A DNA stretch of 64,000 bases, from contig DATKBT010000076.1 in the NCBI GenBank assembly GCA_035546295.1, positions 804 through 64,803 of the forward strand, read 5' to 3'. The stretch is from Thermoanaerobaculia bacterium (GTDB taxonomy: Bacteria; Acidobacteriota; Thermoanaerobaculia; Multivoradales; Multivoraceae). Positions 32,782-40,633 of the stretch are shown here, piece by piece. The stretch's first letter is position 1. Every line of letters starts with the position of its first letter. The position numbers were made by a program, and so were the translations under genes. Under the pieces are notes generated by a model. The model was not told where the DNA came from. It saw nothing but the letters and a program-made list of their open reading frames with translations, and searched no databases.

Positions 32782-35417
32782 AGCACGACGAGGAGCGCCC
32801 CACGTACGAGGAGCGTGGCGACGCCGACGCGGAGCTGGAGTTCCACCTCGCGATGAGCGAACGCCGGCTGCGTGAAGAGGGCCTCGACCCGGCCGCCGCC
32901 GCCCGCGAGGCGCGTCGCCGGTTCGGCGATCGGGACCGGGTGCTGTCCGAGTGCCGCCGGCTGGACCGCCGGCTGGCGCGCAGCGAGCGCCGCAACGACG
33001 CCCTGACGGATCTCCGAGGCGACGTCCGTTGCGCGCTGCGCTCGCTGCATGCGAGCCCCGGCTTCACCGTGACCGTCGTCGTCACCCTGGCGCTCGCCAT
33101 CGGCGCCACCACTGCGCTGTTCTCGCTGGTGCGCGGTGTCCTGCTGCAACCGCTCGACTACCGGGAGCCGGGCTCGATCGCGCTGCTGTCGAGCACCTAT
33201 CCCGAGCGCGGCTGGAGCGGGATGCCGCTGCCCCAGGGCCTGTTCCAGGAGCTGCGCGAAGGCGGCGAGGCGATCGAAGAGCTCGCCGTCTACCGATCCC
33301 AACGCGCCACGTTGCTGTCCTCGCTCGAGCCGCGGCGACTGCGCACTGCGGCGGTCTCGCAGAACCTGCTGCGTGTTCTCGGCGTCGAGCCCGCCCTCGG
33401 CCGCGGGTTCCAACCCGACGACTCGTCGAGCGACGGCGGACCGTGCCTGATCAGCCACCGCCTCTGGCGCAGCGAGCTGGGCGGCGATCCCGGGGTGCTC
33501 GGGCGCACCCTCCGGCTCGAAGGAGACGTCGGCCCCTGCCAGGTGATCGGCGTGCTGCCCTCGGGTTTCGCGTTCCCCGAGGCGGAGACGGATCTCTGGC
33601 GGCTCTACCGTCTCGACCCCGGAGAGGATCTCTGGAGCTCGTGGTTCCTCACCGGGGTGGCCCGCATCGCCCCCGGCGCCGATCTGGCGGGCGCACGCGA
33701 GGCCGCCCAGGCCGAGCTCGACCGGCTGACCGAGGGCTGGCGCGACCGTCTCCCCTTCGGCGGCGGCTGGAGTTTCGTGCTGACGCCGATCACCGAGACG
33801 GTGGTCGGCGAGGTCGCGCCGGCGCTGTGGGTGCTGTTCGGGGCGGTCGCGATGGTCCTGCTGATCGCATGCATCGACCTCGGCGGCCTGCTGCTGGCCC
33901 GCACCATCCAGCGCGCAGACGACCTGGCGGTGCGCTCGGCGCTGGGCGCCAGCCGCTGGCGCCTCGCCCGCCAGCTCCTCGTCGAGATCCTGGCGGTCTG
34001 CGGCCTCGGGGGCGCGGCCGGCCTGGTCCTCGCCCACCTCGCCGTGCGCACCTTCCGGGCGCGGCCGCCGGTCGACCTGCCCCGCCTCGAGGAGGTGAGG
34101 ACGGACCCCTGGGTTCTCGGGTTCGCGCTCTCGGTCACGATCCTCTGCGCCCTGCTCGCCTGGATCGCTCCGCTGATCCAGACGCTGCGCGGCCGGATGC
34201 GCTGGAGCTCACGCAGCGGCGTGGCCGGCTCACGCACTCGCTCCCGCCTGCGCGCCTCGTTGGTGGTCGTCGAGGCGGCGCTGACGGTGGCGCTGCTGGT
34301 GGGCACCGGCCTCCTCACGCGCAGCTTCCTCGCCCTCGCCGCCGTCGACCCGGGTTTCGACGTGGGCGGTCGCACCGCGGTCCGGCTCGAGCTGCCGCCG
34401 GCGCGCTACGACGGCGAGGACGCGCAGCGCGACTTCTATGCGCAACTGCTCGAGCGGGTCGCGGCGCTGCCGCCGGTCGCGGCCGCCGGCCTCACCACCG
34501 GGCTGCCGCTGCGAGGCGTGGCCATCATCGACCGTCTCGCGATCGAGGAAGAGGGGGCAGGAGGCGACGACGAGCACCGCCCCGAAGTGGCGATCGACGC
34601 GGTCTCGCCCGGCTACTTCGAGACGATCGGCGTGCCGCTGCTGGAGGGGCGGATGTTCGACGCGCAGGATCGCTCCGGTGGGTCCCGCGTGGCGATCGTC
34701 AACGACGAGATCGCACGCCGGCACTTTCAGGGCGCCTCACCGATCGGCCGGCGGCTGCTCGGCGCCGACGACGAGACGCCGCTCACCATCGTCGGCGTCG
34801 TCGGCTCCGTCAAGCAGTACGGGCTGCGCAAGGAGACGCCGCTCGAGTACTTCGTGCCGTTCGCGCAGCAGCCGCAGGCGAGCGCCCACCTGGTGGTGCG
34901 CAGCGAGCTCGACGCCGAGGCGCTCTCCGCGGGTCTGAAGAGCGTGATCGCCGACCTCGATCCGGCGCTGCCGGTACCCGAGGTCATCGCGCTCGAGCGC
35001 GCGCTCTCGGACTCCGTCGGCCGCGAGCGCTTCTATGCTCTCGCCATGGGTGCCTTCGCCACCCTCGCGGCCGTGCTGGCGACCCTGGGGCTGTACGGCC
35101 TGATCGCGTTCGCGGTCGAGCAGCGACGACGCGAGCTCGGGATCCGCCTGGCGCTGGGCGCGCGCCGCTCGAAACTGTTCCGTTCCGTGGTCGCCGGCGG
35201 CATGGCGCTGGGCGCCGCCGGCGTCGTTCTCGGGCTGGCCGCCGCCCTGCTGCTGGCACGCTCGCTCGGCGGGCTGTTGTTCGGAGTCGGAGCCGCCGAC
35301 CCGGTCGCGATCGCGGCAGCAGCCCTCCTCGTCCTGGTGATCGCGGGGGCTGCTTCGAGCCTGCCGGCGCGGCGGGCGATCCGAGTGGATCCCGCGCGCG
35401 CCTTACGCGGGGACTAA
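32778..35417 (+). CDS. MacB/FtsX-like duplicated permease (ADOP-type), coupled to PadR
   Basis: 879 aa; GTG at 32778 overlaps the PadR TGA (GTGA); N-terminal cytoplasmic helix-rich segment, then TM (FTVTVVVTLALAIGATTALFSLV), two FtsX-like modules. Confidence 0.8.
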   Translation: MKHDEERPTYEERGDADAELEFHLAMSERRLREEGLDPAAAAREARRRFGDRDRVLSECRRLDRRLARSERRNDALTDLRGDVRCALRSLHASPGFTVTVVVTLALAIGATTALFSLVRGVLLQPLDYREPGSIALLSSTYPERGWSGMPLPQGLFQELREGGEAIEELAVYRSQRATLLSSLEPRRLRTAAVSQNLLRVLGVEPALGRGFQPDDSSSDGGPCLISHRLWRSELGGDPGVLGRTLRLEGDVGPCQVIGVLPSGFAFPEAETDLWRLYRLDPGEDLWSSWFLTGVARIAPGADLAGAREAAQAELDRLTEGWRDRLPFGGGWSFVLTPITETVVGEVAPALWVLFGAVAMVLLIACIDLGGLLLARTIQRADDLAVRSALGASRWRLARQLLVEILAVCGLGGAAGLVLAHLAVRTFRARPPVDLPRLEEVRTDPWVLGFALSVTILCALLAWIAPLIQTLRGRMRWSSRSGVAGSRTRSRLRASLVVVEAALTVALLVGTGLLTRSFLALAAVDPGFDVGGRTAVRLELPPARYDGEDAQRDFYAQLLERVAALPPVAAAGLTTGLPLRGVAIIDRLAIEEEGAGGDDEHRPEVAIDAVSPGYFETIGVPLLEGRMFDAQDRSGGSRVAIVNDEIARRHFQGASPIGRRLLGADDETPLTIVGVVGSVKQYGLRKETPLEYFVPFAQQPQASAHLVVRSELDAEALSAGLKSVIADLDPALPVPEVIALERALSDSVGRERFYALAMGAFATLAAVLATLGLYGLIAFAVEQRRRELGIRLALGARRSKLFRSVVAGGMALGAAGVVLGLAAALLLARSLGGLLFGVGAADPVAIAAAALLVLVIAGAASSLPARRAIRVDPARALRGD

Positions 35418-35612
35418 GCCCGCGCCTTGCTCGTGCGAAGTACGAGAGGGAGGTCCGAACGCGGCGAGGGATCGGCGAGCGCTCCCGCCGGGTGGTATCC
35501 TGCCGGCAGCCGCTGAGAACGAGAGGACGGACGCGGGCGTTGCCCAGACGACCGTCGTGGCGATGTCGCGAGTGGCCGCGGCTGGCGCTCGCCGAGCGTG
35601 CGAGAGTCGTCG

Positions 35613-36638
35613 ATGAAAGTCACCTATCTGCAGCTCGGGGACAACCAGGATCCCTTCTACGGGAAGATGGCCGCGTTCATGCGCTGTGCCGCCGAGGACC
35701 TCGGTGTCGAGCTCGAGGTCATCGAGTGCTTCCGGGACTCGGCCCGAATCCGCAGCGAAGGCGAGGCGCTGATCGGCCGCGCGAAGAAGCCCGACCTCCT
35801 CCTGCTGCCCAACCACAAGGGGCTGGCGATCGACCTCGTCCCGAAGGCCGACGCCGCCGGGATCCGGGTGTTCCTCGTCAACGAGGGGCTGCTGGTGGGA
35901 GAGAAGGGCACGCTCGGCGAGCCCGGCGGGAAGTACCCTCGATGGCTCGGCGAGCTGGTTCCGGACGAGCGGGAGTACGGCCGACTCCTGGCGAGCTACC
36001 TGATCGGGGAGGCGCGGCGACGCGGTCTGGTCGCCGGCGACGGCAGGATCCACATGTGCGCGTTGACCGGAGGGTTCACGTTCGCGTCGATCTCACGGAG
36101 GAGCGGGCTGCAGGCGGCGGTGAGTGGACAACCGGACGTCCATCTCGCATCCGTGCTTCCGGCGGACTGGGAGCGGCACCGGGCCCGTGAGCTCATGGCC
36201 CAGTCCCTGGCCTCGAATCCAGAGACCTCCATCGTCTGGTCGGCCAGCGACGACATGCTCCTCGGGGCCGTCGAGGCGATCGAGGCTGCCGGCAGGCGTC
36301 CCGGGCGCGACGTCCTCCTGGGCGGCGTGGATTGGGCTCCCTTCGTGCCGGATCGGATCCGGGAAGGCCTCTTCACCGCGTCGGTGGGCGGGCACTTCAT
36401 GGACGGCGCCTGGGCTCTGGTGATGGCGTTCGACCACCACCAGGGCGTCACTGCCGACATCTCCCACGCCAGGTCGAAGCCGGCGCTGCTGACGCGCGAG
36501 ACGCTCGACGACTTCGCGATGTTCTTCGACGAGCGGCGGTGGTCGGCTGTCGACTTCGACCGCTTCTCCAGGTCCCGCAACCCGGGGCTCCAGCGCTACG
36601 ACCTCACGGTCGAGGCGGTCCGGCGATCGACCAGGTAG
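35613..36638 (+). CDS. periplasmic-binding-protein-fold (LacI/sugar-binding type) domain protein, no signal peptide detected
   Basis: about 341 aa; Peripla_BP-like alternating beta-alpha pattern (KVTYLQLGDNQDPFYGKMAAFMRCAAEDLGVELEV ... LVNEGL ... IVWSASDDMLLGAVEAIEAAG); exact start uncertain (ATG 35613 or GTG 35598). Confidence 0.6.
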   Translation: MKVTYLQLGDNQDPFYGKMAAFMRCAAEDLGVELEVIECFRDSARIRSEGEALIGRAKKPDLLLLPNHKGLAIDLVPKADAAGIRVFLVNEGLLVGEKGTLGEPGGKYPRWLGELVPDEREYGRLLASYLIGEARRRGLVAGDGRIHMCALTGGFTFASISRRSGLQAAVSGQPDVHLASVLPADWERHRARELMAQSLASNPETSIVWSASDDMLLGAVEAIEAAGRRPGRDVLLGGVDWAPFVPDRIREGLFTASVGGHFMDGAWALVMAFDHHQGVTADISHARSKPALLTRETLDDFAMFFDERRWSAVDFDRFSRSRNPGLQRYDLTVEAVRRSTR

Positions 36639-36672
36639 CGCAGGGACCCGACTCGATCGCCTCCATGAGCGT

Positions 36673-37400
36673 TCAGGTCCCCGTCCGCGCCGCTCTGCTC
36701 AGGTACTTCATGCCGGTGTCGCAGAGGATCGTCACGATCGTGCGGTCAGGCCCGAGCTGTTCGGCGAGCCGCAATGCGGCGACGACGTTGGCGCCGGTCG
36801 ATGTTCCCGCGAACAGGCCCTCTTCCCAGGCGAGGCGCGCCGCCATGGCCGCCGCCTCCCCGGTCGAGACCCGCTCGATCTGATCGGCGACCCCGTCGTG
36901 CCAGAGCGGTACGACGAAGCCGGCGCCGACGCCGTCGATCCTGTGGGCGCCTGAGGCACCGCCCGAGAGCACCGGAGACTCCTGGGGGTTCGACCGCCAC
37001 GATCCTGATCCGATCGTCGAGATCACGCAGCCTCTCCCCGTTCGCCCTCAGCGAAGCTGCAGTCCCCACGCTCTGGACGAACCCGTCGACCACTCCCCCG
37101 GTCTGCCGCCAGATCTCGTCCGCCATCGCATGGTAGGCGGCGAGCTGGTCGGTGTTGTTGAGCTGATCGGTCCAGAAGCTCCCCGGCTCGGCGGCGATCC
37201 GCCGCGTCTCCTCGATCATCCGACGGGTCAGCGCTCCGGTCATCCGGCCAGCCTCGCTCGGCACGACGTGGAGCTCGGCGCCAAAGGCCCTCATGTGATC
37301 GGCGCGCCGGGCCGGCAAGGCCCGATCGGGGTTCTCGGAGAGCCTACCGCTGTCGCGGGCGTCGGCCCCGCCGCCAGCGCAAGACCAAGCAGGGGTGAGG
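36673..37400 (-). pseudogene. cysteine synthase (CysK/CysM-like) remnant: frameshifted and 5-prime truncated
   Basis: Two minus-strand frames carry consecutive CysK segments (FGAELHVVP ... DEIWRQTGGVVDGFVQSVGTAASL ... IVAVEP, then ESPVLSGGASGAHRIDGVGAGFVVP ... LFAGTSTGANVVAAL ... ILCDTGMKYLS). The frames switch inside a G5/C5 homopolymer at about 36985-36989. The N-terminal ~90 aa (PLP-lysine region) is absent because the sensor kinase gene starts at 37442. Confidence 0.55.
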
Positions 37401-37441
37401 ACGTTCGGTGCTGTTAGCATCCCGAGAACCTCCACGTCGGG

Positions 37442-40400
37442 ATGGAGGACTTGGGGGAGGGCCGAGGGCTGCTTTCTGAAAGGTCCGCGAGCGCCACCAT
37501 TGGATACGCAGTCGCCGTGCTGGCGACCGCGCTGGCGGTGGGGCTCCGCTGGGTGATGGATCCCTGGCTGGGCTCCGAGCTCGGCCTGGTGACCTCGTTC
37601 GCAGCGGTCGCCGCCGTGGCATGGCTCGGCGGGCGCGGCCCCGCGATCCTGGCGACCGTCGCCGGCTACCTCGCCTGCGACCTCCTGTTCATCGAGCCGC
37701 GGGGAGCCATCGGCCCTGCCGACCCGTCCCACCTTCTCGGGCTGTTCGCCTACCTCCTCTCCTGCTCCCTGATCATCGTCCTGGCCGAGGCCTATCGCCG
37801 CTACCGAAGGGACACCCTGGACCGACAGAGGCTTCTGACCGTGACCCTGGCCAGCATCGGCGACGCGGTGGTGACCACCGATCCCCTCGGGCGGGTGACG
37901 AACCTCAACCCGGTCGCGGTCTCGCTGACCGGATGGCCCGTCGCCGAGGCGATCGGCAAGCCGCTCGAGACGATCTTCCGGGCGCTCGACGAGCAGACCC
38001 GACGGCCGATCGACAACCCCGCACTCAGGGCGCTGCGCGAAGGCGCCATCGTGGGCCTCGCCAACCACACGGTGCTCATCGCCAAGGACGGCGTCGAGCG
38101 CGCGATCGACGACAGCGCAGCTCCGATCGTCGGCGATGACGGGAAGGTCGAAGGCTGCGTGCTGGTGTTTCGTGACGTCACCGAACGCCGGCGGGCGGAG
38201 CAGGCGGTGGCGCGAAACGAGCGGGAGCTCGCCGACTTCTTCGAGCACGCGCCGATGGCCATGCACTGGGTGGGAGCGGACGGGGTCATCCTGCGGGCGA
38301 ACCGCGCAGAGCTCGAGCTGCTCGGCTACAGCCGGGAGGAGCTCGTCGGCCGTCCGGTCGCGGACTTCCACGTCGACCGTCCGACGATCGAAGGCGTGCT
38401 CGAGGATCTGCGCGCCGGCAAGACGGTGACCGGTCAGGCCGCCCGGCTGCGCTGCAAGGACGGGTCCGTCCGCGACGTGATCATCCACTCGAGCCCCTTG
38501 ATCGAGAACGGCGTGTTCCTGCACTCCCGATGCCTGACCGTCGACGTGACCGGCCCCAGGCAGCTCCAGGAGACCCAGGCGCGGCTCGCGGCGATCGTCG
38601 CAGATTCGGACGACGCGATCGTCAGCAAGACGCTCGAGGGCGTCATCCAGAGCTGGAACGAGGGCGCCGAGCGGCTGCTCGGCTACAGCGCAGACGAGGT
38701 GCTGGGCCAGTCGATCAACCTGATCGTCCCCCCCGAGCTGCGCGACGAAGAGAAGACGATCCTCGAGCGACTCCGCCGGGGTGAGCGGATTCATCATTTC
38801 GAGACCGTCCGGGTCAGGAAGGACGGCCGGAGGATCGACATCTCTCTCACCGTGTCGCCGGTGCGTGACGAGGAGGGACGCGTCATCGGCGCCTCCAAGG
38901 TGGCGCGTGACATCACGCAGCGCAAGCGCTCCGAAGAAGCGCTGCGCGACAGCCGGGAGCGAGAGCGGGAGAGGGTGCGGGAGCTCGACGCCGTGCTGCG
39001 CACGACGCCGGTTGCGATCATGATCGCTCACGACCCGGGCTGCGAGGTGGTCACCGGGAATCCGACCGCCCACGAGCTGCACCGGCTGGCCGAGGGCGAG
39101 AATCTGTCGGCCGCCTCGGCAGCACCGGATCGCCTGCCCTTCTTCGAGGACCGGAAGGGCGAGCCCCTGCGGTCGGAGGAGATGCCGCTGCGAATCGCGG
39201 CGAGTCGTGGGATCGAAGTCCGTGACGTCGAGCTGGACCTGGTCTTCGAGGAGGGAGCTCGCCGCCACATCTACGGCAATGCGGCGCCGCTGCGAGCCGC
39301 GGACGGAACGCCGGTGGGCGCGGTCGCGGCTTTCATGGACATCACGGCGCTCGAAGAGGCGCAGCGGGCGCTCAACGAGGCCGATCGGCGCAAGGACGAG
39401 TTCCTGGCGACGCTCGCCCACGAGCTGCGCAACCCGCTGGCGCCGATTCGGAGCTCCCTCGAGATCCTCGGACGCGGCGACCTCGCTCCCGAGCGCGCCG
39501 AGGAGGCGCGCGAGACGATCGATCGGCAGGTTTCCCATCTGGTGCGCCTCGTCGACGACCTGCTCGACGTCAGCCGGATCACGCGCGGCAACCTGCGCCT
39601 GCGCAAGGCCCGAGTCGAGCTCGAGCCGCTGATCCGACAGGCGATCGAGACCTGCCGGCCCCTGCTCGACTTCGCGAGGCAGACGGTCGAGATCGTCCTC
39701 CCCGAGCGTCCGCTGTACCTGGAGGCCGACCCGGTGCGGCTGACCCAGGTGTTCGGCAACCTGCTGCAGAACGCCTGCAAGTACAGCGAGGAAGGGGCGA
39801 GCATCACGATCGCCGCAGAGGTGAGGAGCAGCCGGATCGCGATCTCGGTCACCGACCGCGGCGTCGGCATCCCGGCGGACAAGCTCGACGTCATCTTCGA
39901 GATGTTCTCGCAGGTCGGCGAGGCGGCTGAGGACCCGCGTGGCGGTCTCGGCATCGGTCTCACCCTGGTGAAGCGTCTGGTCGAGCTCCACGGCGGTGTC
40001 GTCTCGGCGCACAGCGAGGGGCAGGGTCGCGGCAGCGTCTTCGTCGTCGAGCTCCCGCTCGCCCGAGCGCCAGCGTCCACGCCGGCGCCCGCACCGGTGC
40101 CCACGCGGGAGAAGCGCGGAACGGCGAAACGTCGGATCCTGGTGGTCGATGACAACCGCGACAGCGTACGCTCGCTGGCCACGCTCCTCGACATCGAGGG
40201 TCACGAGATCTTCACCGCTTACGACGGCCTCGAAGCGGTCGAGCAGGCGGAGCGCGCCCGTCCTGGTGTCATTCTGCTGGACGTCGGGCTCCCTGGGATC
40301 AACGGCCACGAAGCGTGTCGCCGCATCCGCGAGCAACCCTGGGGACACGACATGGTGATCATCGCGATCACCGGCTGGGGGCAGGACAACGACCGGCGCC

Positions 40401-40561
40401 GATCGCAGGAAGCGGGGTTCGATCACCACCTGGTGAAGCCGATCGATGTCGGCTTTCTCCTCGAGCAGCTCGGCTCCTCGGCACTGACCCGTGACAGCAG
40501 CTGGATGCGCGGCGCCACCTCGCGCCGCCAGGGCGCCCGGGAGGCGACCCCGGAGAGCTGA
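37442..40561 (+). CDS. membrane-associated multi-PAS hybrid sensor histidine kinase (DUF4118-like N-terminus, 4 PAS, HisKA, HATPase_c, receiver)
   Basis: 1039 aa; N-terminal hydrophobic KdpD-type TM module; repeated PAS blocks; H-box LATLAHELRNPLAPI; G-boxes GGLGIGLTLVKRLVELHGG; receiver ILVVDDNRDSVRSL ... LDVGLPGINGHE. Confidence 0.8.
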   Translation: MEDLGEGRGLLSERSASATIGYAVAVLATALAVGLRWVMDPWLGSELGLVTSFAAVAAVAWLGGRGPAILATVAGYLACDLLFIEPRGAIGPADPSHLLGLFAYLLSCSLIIVLAEAYRRYRRDTLDRQRLLTVTLASIGDAVVTTDPLGRVTNLNPVAVSLTGWPVAEAIGKPLETIFRALDEQTRRPIDNPALRALREGAIVGLANHTVLIAKDGVERAIDDSAAPIVGDDGKVEGCVLVFRDVTERRRAEQAVARNERELADFFEHAPMAMHWVGADGVILRANRAELELLGYSREELVGRPVADFHVDRPTIEGVLEDLRAGKTVTGQAARLRCKDGSVRDVIIHSSPLIENGVFLHSRCLTVDVTGPRQLQETQARLAAIVADSDDAIVSKTLEGVIQSWNEGAERLLGYSADEVLGQSINLIVPPELRDEEKTILERLRRGERIHHFETVRVRKDGRRIDISLTVSPVRDEEGRVIGASKVARDITQRKRSEEALRDSRERERERVRELDAVLRTTPVAIMIAHDPGCEVVTGNPTAHELHRLAEGENLSAASAAPDRLPFFEDRKGEPLRSEEMPLRIAASRGIEVRDVELDLVFEEGARRHIYGNAAPLRAADGTPVGAVAAFMDITALEEAQRALNEADRRKDEFLATLAHELRNPLAPIRSSLEILGRGDLAPERAEEARETIDRQVSHLVRLVDDLLDVSRITRGNLRLRKARVELEPLIRQAIETCRPLLDFARQTVEIVLPERPLYLEADPVRLTQVFGNLLQNACKYSEEGASITIAAEVRSSRIAISVTDRGVGIPADKLDVIFEMFSQVGEAAEDPRGGLGIGLTLVKRLVELHGGVVSAHSEGQGRGSVFVVELPLARAPASTPAPAPVPTREKRGTAKRRILVVDDNRDSVRSLATLLDIEGHEIFTAYDGLEAVEQAERARPGVILLDVGLPGINGHEACRRIREQPWGHDMVIIAITGWGQDNDRRRSQEAGFDHHLVKPIDVGFLLEQLGSSALTRDSSWMRGATSRRQGAREATPES

Positions 40562-40633
40562 TCGTAGGGTGAAAGCTGCGCGGATCAGGGCCTCGAGGAA
40601 CCCGAACTCGGCGCCTCGAGGGAGCCCTTCAGC

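Noticed and set aside
36746-40429. 1227-aa minus-strand ORF
   Set aside because: Antisense shadow of the multi-PAS histidine kinase; only its extreme 3-prime end (cysK remnant) carries real coding signal
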